Sequence record: DRR723986_8527
Length of the DNA: 54,825 nt
Reading direction: 5' to 3' (one strand)
The notes beneath the pieces were generated by a model. It saw only the letters and a list, made by a program, of their open reading frames with translations, ran no database searches and was not told the origin of the DNA. Below are positions 1-8,447 of this stretch, piece by piece. The number at the start of each line of letters is the position of its first letter. Position 1 is the stretch's first letter. A program made the translations under genes and the position numbers.

Positions 1-30
1 AAAAAGCTCCTAAATTTAGGAGCTTTTTTT
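1..30. terminator. Palindromic intrinsic terminator-like hairpin
   Basis: AAAAAGCTCCTAAA/TTTAGGAGCTTTTT perfect inverted repeat with flanking A/T tracts. Confidence 0.75.
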
Positions 31-35
31 ATACT

Positions 36-1148
36 ATGAATTTATCATACTGGGAAATAAAGACTTGGCTTACTAATGTAGACTTTACTGTTGTTGGAAG
101 TGGTATTGTGGGCTTAAGTTGTGCTTTAGAGCTAAGACGCAAATATTCTCAAGCTAAGATTATTGTTTTAGAAAAAGGCATGCTACCACAAGGTGCAAGT
201 ACTAAAAATGCAGGTTTTGCTTGTTTTGGTAGTCTTAGCGAAATTATAGATGATTTACAAAACCACTCAGAAGAAGAGGTTATAGATCTTGTCGCAAAGC
301 GCGTAAATGGATTGCAATTACTTCGAAAAACCATTGGTGATAGACAATTAGACTATAAGCCATTTGGTGGTTATGAGTTGTTTTTAAAAAATGATGAACC
401 CCTTTTTTTAAAATGTAAATCACAAAAGGATAACATAAATAACCTGCTGAGACCTTTATTTAATGCGGATGTCTTTTCATTCAAGTCTAATGAATTTGGC
501 TTTAACCATATAGTTGAACAATTAAGCTTCAATCAATTTGAAGGTCAAATAGATACTGGCAAAATGATGGATGCACTTCTTAAAAAAGCGCAGGCATCAG
601 GTATTAAAATTCTAAACAACTGTTTGGTAAATGAAATTAGTGAGAACAATGCTTCAGTGCTTATAAAAACCAATAATTTTGAAATTAAATCGAATAAAGT
701 TTTAATAGCAACCAATGGTTTTGCTTCGCAACTCATTAATCAAAACGTAGCGCCAGCCAGAGCTCAGGTTTTAATTACAAAACCTATTAAAAACCTTCAT
801 ATTAAGGGAACATTTCATTTAGATAAAGGCTATTATTATTTTAGGAATATAGACGATAGAATTCTTTTTGGAGGTGGAAGAAATTTAGATTTTAAAGGTG
901 AAGAAACCACTGAATTTGGACAGACTGAGTTAATTCAAGAAAAACTAGAAGACCTTTTAAAAACTACAATTATTCCAAACATTGATTTTGAGATAGACCA
1001 TCGTTGGTCTGGTATTATGGGAGTTGGTAATCAGAAAAAGTCAATTGTAAAACAAATCAGTAATAACGTATTTTGTGGTGTAAGACTTGGTGGCATGGGT
1101 GTTGCCATAGGAAGTTTACTGGGTAAGGAATTGGCAGATTTGTTATGA
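36..1148 (+). CDS. FAD-dependent oxidoreductase (DAO/PuuB-like family)
   Basis: VVGSGIVG dinucleotide motif, GASTKNAG, C-terminal GGMGVAIG. Confidence 0.85.
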   Translation: MNLSYWEIKTWLTNVDFTVVGSGIVGLSCALELRRKYSQAKIIVLEKGMLPQGASTKNAGFACFGSLSEIIDDLQNHSEEEVIDLVAKRVNGLQLLRKTIGDRQLDYKPFGGYELFLKNDEPLFLKCKSQKDNINNLLRPLFNADVFSFKSNEFGFNHIVEQLSFNQFEGQIDTGKMMDALLKKAQASGIKILNNCLVNEISENNASVLIKTNNFEIKSNKVLIATNGFASQLINQNVAPARAQVLITKPIKNLHIKGTFHLDKGYYYFRNIDDRILFGGGRNLDFKGEETTEFGQTELIQEKLEDLLKTTIIPNIDFEIDHRWSGIMGVGNQKKSIVKQISNNVFCGVRLGGMGVAIGSLLGKELADLL

Positions 1149-1597
1149 TTAGTATTAAGGAGAGTCTGTATAATGAATGTAAGAACGCTTTAAACCTTCG
1201 ATTAAAGGTTATACAACAAACCATTTCAGATATTGAAACTAATCTTCAATCAGAAACTAAAAGTTCTGCTGGAGATAAGCATGAAACTGGACGTGCAATG
1301 CTTCAGTTAGAGCGAGAAAAAGCTGGTCAACAACTGGCTGAAATTCAAAAACAGTTTGAGCTACTCATCAAAATAAATACAGATTCTAAGCAGGAGCAAA
1401 TAGCATTGGGCTCAGTAGTCTTTACTACTCAAGCAAATTATTTTTTAGCAATAAGTACTGGAGAAATTGAAGTGGGTCGTCAGTCATTTTTTGCGATTTC
1501 ACCAGCCACACCAATCGGTAGATTATTGCTATCTAAGACGAAAGGCGATACTATTCAATTCAATAATCGAAAATTTCAGATTTTAAAAGTACTATAG
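1145..1597 (+). CDS. GreA/GreB-like protein
   Basis: N-terminal coiled coil with SSAGDKHETGRAM tip; C-terminal ISPATPIGRLLL resembles the Gre C-domain. Confidence 0.6.
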   Translation: MISIKESLYNECKNALNLRLKVIQQTISDIETNLQSETKSSAGDKHETGRAMLQLEREKAGQQLAEIQKQFELLIKINTDSKQEQIALGSVVFTTQANYFLAISTGEIEVGRQSFFAISPATPIGRLLLSKTKGDTIQFNNRKFQILKVL

Positions 1598-1656
1598 AAA
1601 AACGTTAAAGCACTTTACCCTTTTCTACTTGTGCAGTAACTTGAAAAACAAAAAAG

Positions 1657-2169
1657 ATGTCACGTTTATTAATACTCTGTTTGTGCTTATTCAGTTTTGG
1701 CTTTGCAAACACACAAGAATCAAGTATTGATTTTGTAGTTAAAAACCTTGGAGTTAATGTAGATGGTCACTTCAACACCTTTAATATTGTTGCGGAGATT
1801 AGCAATGAAGGACAGCTAAAAAGCATTACAAGTTCTATTGCGGTCTCTTCAATTGAAACAGGTATTGATAGCAGAGATGAACATATTCTAGAGGAAGATT
1901 ATTTTGATGCTAAAAATCATTCAAGTATAGTAATGAAAAGCATAAAAATAAAGGTACTTAAATCAAATAATTATGAAGTTACCGCAAGCCTAAGCATAAA
2001 GGGAAAAACAAAAACAATTAAGATACCTGTCACTATTAAAAAGGAAGAGAATACATATCTAATAACTTCATATTTTGAAATTAATCGCAAAGATTTTGAT
2101 GTAGGAGGAGGTAGTTTTATATTAGGTAAAACAGTAAAAATTAATGTGAAGCATTATCAAGATTACTAA
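1657..2169 (+). CDS. YceI-family lipid/polyisoprenoid-binding protein, secreted
   Basis: Signal peptide; SIETGIDSRDEH, LSIKGKTK and INRKDFDVG motifs. Confidence 0.85.
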   Translation: MSRLLILCLCLFSFGFANTQESSIDFVVKNLGVNVDGHFNTFNIVAEISNEGQLKSITSSIAVSSIETGIDSRDEHILEEDYFDAKNHSSIVMKSIKIKVLKSNNYEVTASLSIKGKTKTIKIPVTIKKEENTYLITSYFEINRKDFDVGGGSFILGKTVKINVKHYQDY

Positions 2170-3299
2170 TGCATAAACAAAATTTCGATGTTATAATTAT
2201 TGGTGGCGGTTTGGCTGGACTATGCAGTGCAATCCACTTATCAAAACAAAGCACTGATGTTTTACTTATTGAGAAAAACAGTTATCCAAAACACAAGGTA
2301 TGCGGAGAATACGTTTCTAATGAAGTCTTTCCCTATTTAAATTATTTAGGATTTAATCCATTTGAATTTGGCGCAAAGACCATTTCAAAATTCGAATTAA
2401 CAACACATAATAATAAAAACATTGAAGCCTATTTGCCTTTAGGTGGATTCGGCATGAGTCGATATGAAATGGATTTTCAACTCTTTCAAATAGCAATGAG
2501 TCACGGTATTTCAGTGATTAAGGATACTGTTGTTGATGTTGTTTTTGACGACGATCAATTTCATATTCAAACAAAATCAAATCACATCTTTACTTCAAAA
2601 ATTGCTATAGGAGCCTATGGTAAGCGATCAAATATAGATGTAAAATTTAATCGTGATTTTATTAAAAAAAAGTCACCTTATTTGGGTGTGAAAATTCATG
2701 TCTCTGGTCATTTTCCAGAAGATACAGTCGCGCTTCATAATTTCAAAGGAGGGTATTGCGGTGCATCAAAAGTTGAAAACAACCATATTAATCTGTGCTA
2801 TATCACTAACTATCAAACTTTCAAAACATATAAGGATATACAAACATTTCAAGAGCAAGTTGTATATAAGAATAAGGCTTTAAAAAACGTATTTGAAAGT
2901 TCTAAACCTCAATTTGAAAAGCCCTTAACAATCAGTCAGATTTCTTTTGAAACAAAAAACCCTATTGAGAACCACATGTTAATGTGTGGTGATTCAGCAG
3001 GAATGATTCATCCACTATGTGGAAACGGTATGGGTATGGCCATTAGAAGCGCACAATTAGCATCTGAGCTTATTATTGACTATCTTCAAAATAAAATAAA
3101 AAACAGAGTTGAATTAGAGCGGAAGTATTCAAGAAATTGGAATAGAACTTTTGGCTTGAGATTAAAAGCTGGTCACAGTATTGCTTATTTATTTAGACAA
3201 GAATGGTTGGCGCCAAAATTACTATTTGTTTTAAGACGATTGCCTTTTTTGGTACCATTAATAATTAAAATGACTCACGGAAAACCCATGAAAGTATAA
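2169..3299 (+). CDS. NAD(P)/FAD-dependent oxidoreductase (flavoprotein monooxygenase/geranylgeranyl reductase-like)
   Basis: IIGGGLAG, KVCGEY, GDSAGMIHPLCGNGMGMA. Confidence 0.8.
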   Translation: MHKQNFDVIIIGGGLAGLCSAIHLSKQSTDVLLIEKNSYPKHKVCGEYVSNEVFPYLNYLGFNPFEFGAKTISKFELTTHNNKNIEAYLPLGGFGMSRYEMDFQLFQIAMSHGISVIKDTVVDVVFDDDQFHIQTKSNHIFTSKIAIGAYGKRSNIDVKFNRDFIKKKSPYLGVKIHVSGHFPEDTVALHNFKGGYCGASKVENNHINLCYITNYQTFKTYKDIQTFQEQVVYKNKALKNVFESSKPQFEKPLTISQISFETKNPIENHMLMCGDSAGMIHPLCGNGMGMAIRSAQLASELIIDYLQNKIKNRVELERKYSRNWNRTFGLRLKAGHSIAYLFRQEWLAPKLLFVLRRLPFLVPLIIKMTHGKPMKV

Positions 3300-4009
3300 T
3301 GAGATTATTTGTTGATACAACATATAGAAGTAATGAGCCTGAACTTATGGATGATTTTTCCATGAAGGGCGATTTGCTCCGTGATACTCTGGACAAACTC
3401 GGTAAGATAAACAAATGGCTTGGAGGGAATCATGTGACTTTGGATGGTATAAAAAAATTACTAAAAAATCAATCAAAAGATAAATTGATTACAATAATTG
3501 ATTTGGGTTGTGGTCATGGAGAAATCTTAAGGCTAATAGGAGATTATGGAAGACAAGAAGGCTATAAGTTCAAATTAATCGGAATTGATGCTAATCAGGA
3601 CGCTATTGATTACGCAACTGAATTATCTCAAGATTACGAAGAACTAACCTTTGAAAATATCGATATTTTCTCAGAAGAATTCCATGACTTAGATTATGAT
3701 GTTGTGCTTTCAACTTTGTTTTTACATCATTTTAATCAGGATGAAATCCACAACCTTCTAAAAATAATTACATCAAGGGCAAAATTAGGTATTGTCGTAA
3801 ATGATTTGCACCGCAACAAAGTCGCTTATGGTTTATTTAAATTATTAAGTTTGGTGATTTCGAACCATATGATAGTACAAGATGGATTAACCTCTATATT
3901 AAGAGCATTTAAACGTGATGAGTTAGAAAGTATCTCTAAGCAATTGAACCTTAAATCACAAATTCGTTGGAAATGGGCATTCCGCTACCAATGGCTAATT
4001 AAAACCTAA
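3299..4009 (+). CDS. SAM-dependent methyltransferase
   Basis: DLGCGHG motif I, LFLHHF, VNDLHR; typical neighbour of type III PKS genes. Confidence 0.85.
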   Translation: MRLFVDTTYRSNEPELMDDFSMKGDLLRDTLDKLGKINKWLGGNHVTLDGIKKLLKNQSKDKLITIIDLGCGHGEILRLIGDYGRQEGYKFKLIGIDANQDAIDYATELSQDYEELTFENIDIFSEEFHDLDYDVVLSTLFLHHFNQDEIHNLLKIITSRAKLGIVVNDLHRNKVAYGLFKLLSLVISNHMIVQDGLTSILRAFKRDELESISKQLNLKSQIRWKWAFRYQWLIKT

Positions 4010-5062
4010 ATGGCAGTAAGAATTACATCAGTTGCTAAGCAACTACCAAAACATACTAGAGAAACCAAAGATATTCTGCCTTATGTAGAACTTTGGCTTG
4101 AGGGTCAAGAAGAACGCTTTAAACGAAAAGTCCTCAAGATTTTTGAAAATGCAGCTGTTGACAAGCGGTACTCAATAATGGATGCTGAAGAGGTATTTTT
4201 AAAAACATCTTTCGAAGAAAAAAACGACATATACACGCGAGAATCCATAAAACTGGCAGAAAAAAGTTTGGTAAAAGCTTTAGATAAAGCCAAATTACAG
4301 CCAACTGATCTAGATTACATCATTACAGTGAGCTGCACTGGAATAATGATTCCGTCTTTAGACGCATATCTTATTAATAGTTTAAAGTTGAAACAAGATA
4401 TTGTGCGTTTGCCAGTAACAGAAATGGGATGTGCGGCAGGGGTTTCGGGTATTTTATATGCAAAGAACTTTTTAAAAGCAAACCCTAATAAACGCGCAGT
4501 TGTTATTGCGGTAGAGTCGCCAACAGCGACATTTCAATTAGATGATTATTCGATGGTTAACATTGTAAGTGCCGCAATTTTTGGAGATGGCTGTGCAAGT
4601 GTTATTCTGTCTTCTTATGAAGATGAAAAAGGACCTGAAATCAAGGATGAGGCTATGTATCATTTCTTTGATGAAGAGCATATGATGGGTTTTAAATTAA
4701 GAAATACGGGTTTACAAATGGTTTTAGACCAATCCGTGCCACAGACAATCGCAGATCACTTCCCAGAAATTATTCATCCATTTTTAGAACGTAACAACCT
4801 AACAATTGAGGATATTGATCATTTGATTTTTCATCCAGGAGGAAAGAAAATTGTCCAAACCGTTGAGGAATTATTTGGTGATTTGGGTAAGAATATAAAC
4901 GATACAAAAGAAGTTTTAAGGTTGTATGGTAATATGAGTAGCGCCACTGTACTTTATGTTTTAGAACGATTTATGGACAGAAATTTGCCCAAAGGGGATA
5001 AAGGTATTATGCTGAGTTTTGGACCTGGTTTTTCCGCTCAGAGGATTTTATTAGAATGGTGA
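4010..5062 (+). CDS. Type III polyketide synthase
   Basis: Catalytic Cys-His-Asn in MGCAAG, FHPGG and GNMSS; FGDG and FGPG motifs. Confidence 0.95.
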   Translation: MAVRITSVAKQLPKHTRETKDILPYVELWLEGQEERFKRKVLKIFENAAVDKRYSIMDAEEVFLKTSFEEKNDIYTRESIKLAEKSLVKALDKAKLQPTDLDYIITVSCTGIMIPSLDAYLINSLKLKQDIVRLPVTEMGCAAGVSGILYAKNFLKANPNKRAVVIAVESPTATFQLDDYSMVNIVSAAIFGDGCASVILSSYEDEKGPEIKDEAMYHFFDEEHMMGFKLRNTGLQMVLDQSVPQTIADHFPEIIHPFLERNNLTIEDIDHLIFHPGGKKIVQTVEELFGDLGKNINDTKEVLRLYGNMSSATVLYVLERFMDRNLPKGDKGIMLSFGPGFSAQRILLEW

Positions 5063-5104
5063 CAAAAGTTAAACTTTTGTCATGCTGAATTTATTTCAGC
5101 ATCT
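5060..5104. repeat. Two adjacent inverted repeats; the second is REP-like
   Basis: TGACAAAAGTT-A-AACTTTTGTCA (5060-5082) and ATGCTGAA-TTTAT-TTCAGCAT (5082-5102). Confidence 0.6.
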
Positions 5105-5119
5105 CATAATTAAAAAAGA

Positions 5120-5917
5120 ATGATAAAAGAATTTAAAGATAAAAGCGATTGGGCTTTAATACTTGGAGGCAGCAGTGGCCTTGGTTTGGCTTCTGCAAAG
5201 AAACTCGCCAGACACGGCATGAATATTTGTATTGTTCATCGCAATCCAAGAATGCAAGAAGATGTTATTTTAAAAGAGTTTGAAACCATAAAGCAAGAAG
5301 GCGTTCAATTTAAGTCATTTAATAGCGATGCCTTTAATACGGACAAACGCAATATGATTATTCAAGAACTGAAGTCTTTATTTGGTGATAATCAAAAAAT
5401 AAAAACCATGGTTCATAGTGTAGCAAAAGGAAATTTGAAGCCGATGGTATCAGATGATAATATTGAATTAAAACATGATGATTTTGCGCTTACCATTCAA
5501 GCCATGGGAATAAGTTTGTATGATTGGACTAAAGCAATTTTTGAAGCAAATTTGTTTGCTGAAGATACGCGAATAATTAGTTTTACTAGTGAAGGCAATT
5601 CAAAAGCTTGGCAGAATTATGCGGCTGTTTCAGCAGCTAAAGTAACCCTAGAAGCGATTACTAGAAGCATAGCATTAGAATTTGCAAAATATGGGATTAA
5701 GGCCAATTGTATACAGGCAGGAGTAACAGATACAGCGTCATTAAGAATGATTCCTGGCAGTGAGCAGATAATGAAATATACCTTAAAACGAAATCCAAAT
5801 AAGCGCTTAACATTACCAGAGGATGTGGCTAACGCTGTTTATTTATTGAGTAAAGACGAAGCCTCTTGGGTTACAGGAACCATTATTCCTGTAGATGGAG
5901 GAGAACATTTGAGTTAA
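5120..5917 (+). CDS. SDR, enoyl-ACP reductase (FabL/FabI-like)
   Basis: GGSSGLG; YAAVSAAK (Yx6K); VDGG C-terminus. Confidence 0.8.
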   Translation: MIKEFKDKSDWALILGGSSGLGLASAKKLARHGMNICIVHRNPRMQEDVILKEFETIKQEGVQFKSFNSDAFNTDKRNMIIQELKSLFGDNQKIKTMVHSVAKGNLKPMVSDDNIELKHDDFALTIQAMGISLYDWTKAIFEANLFAEDTRIISFTSEGNSKAWQNYAAVSAAKVTLEAITRSIALEFAKYGIKANCIQAGVTDTASLRMIPGSEQIMKYTLKRNPNKRLTLPEDVANAVYLLSKDEASWVTGTIIPVDGGEHLS

Positions 5918-5918
5918 T

Positions 5919-6356
5919 ATGAAAGCATCAGAAATCATAGCATTATTACCATACTCAAAACCGTTTTTATTTGTAGATGGTGTCAATTCAGTTTCTGAAA
6001 ATGAAATATGTGGATATTATACATTTAGAAAAGACGAATATTTCTACCAAGGACATTTTAAAGATAACCCAATAACACCAGGAGTGATATTAACAGAATG
6101 TATGGCACAAATTGGATTGGTTTGTTTTGGTATTTTCTTATTGAAAGATGAATTACAGACCACCAAGAAACCTCAGGTAGCATTGACCTCTAATCAAATG
6201 GATTTTTATTTACCGGTTTTACCGGGAGAAAAGGTCATTGTTCATTCAGAAAAAGAAGTATTCCGTTTCAATAAATTAAAGTGTAAGGTTAAAATGTTAA
6301 ATAAAAACGGGGAATTGGTGGCAAGAGGTGTAATATCAGGAATGTTTAAAGCATGA
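5919..6356 (+). CDS. 3-hydroxyacyl-ACP dehydratase, FabZ-like
   Basis: PFLFVD, GHFKDNPITPGVILTECMAQ. Confidence 0.85.
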   Translation: MKASEIIALLPYSKPFLFVDGVNSVSENEICGYYTFRKDEYFYQGHFKDNPITPGVILTECMAQIGLVCFGIFLLKDELQTTKKPQVALTSNQMDFYLPVLPGEKVIVHSEKEVFRFNKLKCKVKMLNKNGELVARGVISGMFKA

Positions 6357-7627
6357 AGCAACGTGTAGTCATAACAGGATTAGGTGTTGTCGCACCAAAT
6401 GGCGTAGGTTTAACGGATTTTACCAAAGCACTAAAAAACGGAACATCTGGCATCAGATTTCACCAAGACTTAAAGGACCTTAATTTTTCTTGTCAAATAG
6501 GAGGCATACCTCAAATTACGGATGATTTAAAATCCAAATATTTTACGGACCTACAGTTGCGTGGATTTAACAGTTCTGGTATTTTATATGGTTGTATCGC
6601 GGGTATGGATGCATGGAAAGACGCAGGATTCGATTTAAATCCTAATAGCGAGATAGATTATGATACTGGGCTCATTTTTGGCACAGGAACCTCTGGTGTA
6701 GAAAAATTTAGGGAAGCCATTCACAAGCTCGACGAAGGCAATGTTAGGCGCTTAGGAAGTACAGTTGTTTTACAAACCATGGCAAGTGGTATAAGTGCTT
6801 ATTTAGGTGGTATGCTTGGTTTTGGCAATCAGGTCACTACGAATTCTTCAGCATGTACAACGGGTACCGAAGCTCTTTTAATGGGTTACGAGAGGATTAA
6901 ATACGGAAAAGCTAAACGCATGCTGGTTGGCAGTTGTAGTGATCATGGACCATATATTTGGGGAGGGTTTGATGCCATGCGAGTTATGACATACAAACAC
7001 AATGACAGCCCAACAGAAGGATCACGGCCTATGAGCGCGTCAGCTTCTGGTTTTGTACCAGGAAGTGGCGCAGGTGCTTTAGTTTTAGAATCGTTTGAAA
7101 GCGCATTGGAGCGCGGTGCAATTATTTATGCTGAGGTTTTGGGTGGTGAGATAAACTCTGGTGGTCAACGCCAAGGAGGTACATTAACGGCACCAAACCC
7201 AGAAGCAGTTCAACGCTGTATTAAAAATGCCTTACAAAATTCTGGAATAGATTCTAGTGAAATAGAGGTCATTAATGGACATCTTACCGCCACCTCTAAA
7301 GATACTCTAGAAATTGAAAACTGGACAAAAGCCTTACAAAGGCAAGGCAAGAATTTCCCCTTTATTAATTCGACCAAATCATTAGTTGGCCATTGTTTGG
7401 CAGCGGCTGGTGCAATAGAGTGTGTAGCTAGTATCATTCAGCTTAAGGAACAATTTGTAGCGCCTAATATCAATTGTGAGGATTTACATCCTGGTATTGA
7501 AGTATTAGTTTCACCCGAAAAAATACCACACAAAAAAATTGATCTGGAATTTGATACCATTACCAAAGCAAGTTTTGGTTTTGGTGATGTTAATGCCTGT
7601 GTTTTATTTAAACGATTTATAGCGTAA
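6353..7627 (+). CDS. Beta-ketoacyl-ACP synthase (FabF-like, cluster-specific)
   Basis: RVVITGLG, SSACTTG (Cys), INGHLTAT and GHCLAAAG (His-His), SFGFG. Confidence 0.9.
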   Translation: MKQRVVITGLGVVAPNGVGLTDFTKALKNGTSGIRFHQDLKDLNFSCQIGGIPQITDDLKSKYFTDLQLRGFNSSGILYGCIAGMDAWKDAGFDLNPNSEIDYDTGLIFGTGTSGVEKFREAIHKLDEGNVRRLGSTVVLQTMASGISAYLGGMLGFGNQVTTNSSACTTGTEALLMGYERIKYGKAKRMLVGSCSDHGPYIWGGFDAMRVMTYKHNDSPTEGSRPMSASASGFVPGSGAGALVLESFESALERGAIIYAEVLGGEINSGGQRQGGTLTAPNPEAVQRCIKNALQNSGIDSSEIEVINGHLTATSKDTLEIENWTKALQRQGKNFPFINSTKSLVGHCLAAAGAIECVASIIQLKEQFVAPNINCEDLHPGIEVLVSPEKIPHKKIDLEFDTITKASFGFGDVNACVLFKRFIA

Positions 7628-7649
7628 CTTTACAAATCAAAGTTATGTT

Positions 7650-7901
7650 ATGAACAAAGAAGAATTAATTGCCAAATTAAAGACTATTATAGCGCCTTAT
7701 ATTCAAGATGAAAAGGCGTTTAAAAACCTGTCAGAAGACACAGATTTTGTAAAGGATCTAAAGATAAACTCAGCTAATCTAGTGGATATCATTTTAGATA
7801 TTGAGGACGAGTTTGATATTCGTTTAGAAAATGAGGATATGGAAAAAATGCTAGATGTAAAGTCTGCTATGAGTATTGTGACTTCAAAACTTACAGATTA
7901 A
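7650..7901 (+). CDS. Acyl carrier protein (cluster-specific)
   Basis: Small acidic protein; DLKINSANLVDIILDIEDEFDI aligns with ACP helix II; lies between KAS and PPTase. Confidence 0.85.
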   Translation: MNKEELIAKLKTIIAPYIQDEKAFKNLSEDTDFVKDLKINSANLVDIILDIEDEFDIRLENEDMEKMLDVKSAMSIVTSKLTD

Positions 7902-8443
7902 TGGTTGGTAATGATATTGTTGATCTTAACGAAGCGCAGAAAGCTTCAAATTGGCAACGTCAACAATTCTTAACCAAGTTATTCTCAGAAACTGAACAAG
8001 TTTATATACAAACATCTAAAAACCCATTTTTAATGGTTTGGCATTTATGGAGCATGAAGGAAGCGTCTTATAAACTTTTCACACAATTAAAACCATGTCG
8101 CTTTTTCAATCCTAAAGGTTTTGAATGCAGTATTGAAAATAATAAAGGTATTGTAAGGTTTAAAGACTTTAGGTGTTATGTCGAAACTAAATCTACATCA
8201 AATTATATTATTTCTGAAGCCAGATTGAACGCATACAAATTGGCATCTACAATTGTGAAATTGCCAGCGAATAATTATAAGACACAGAGTGCAATACTTA
8301 AATCGCAATTGTTAAATGCTTTTGAAACGGAATGGGATATAAAAAAAGATGAATATAACATTCCTGTTTTAACTAATGGTAAGGACACCTTGAGGGTAAG
8401 CCTCACACATCACGGCTTTTATGGTGCTTATACGATAGCATAG
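7901..8443 (+). CDS. 4'-phosphopantetheinyl transferase
   Basis: GNDIVD, WSMKEASYK, SLTH motifs. Confidence 0.85.
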   Translation: MVGNDIVDLNEAQKASNWQRQQFLTKLFSETEQVYIQTSKNPFLMVWHLWSMKEASYKLFTQLKPCRFFNPKGFECSIENNKGIVRFKDFRCYVETKSTSNYIISEARLNAYKLASTIVKLPANNYKTQSAILKSQLLNAFETEWDIKKDEYNIPVLTNGKDTLRVSLTHHGFYGAYTIA

Positions 8444-8447
8444 TTTT

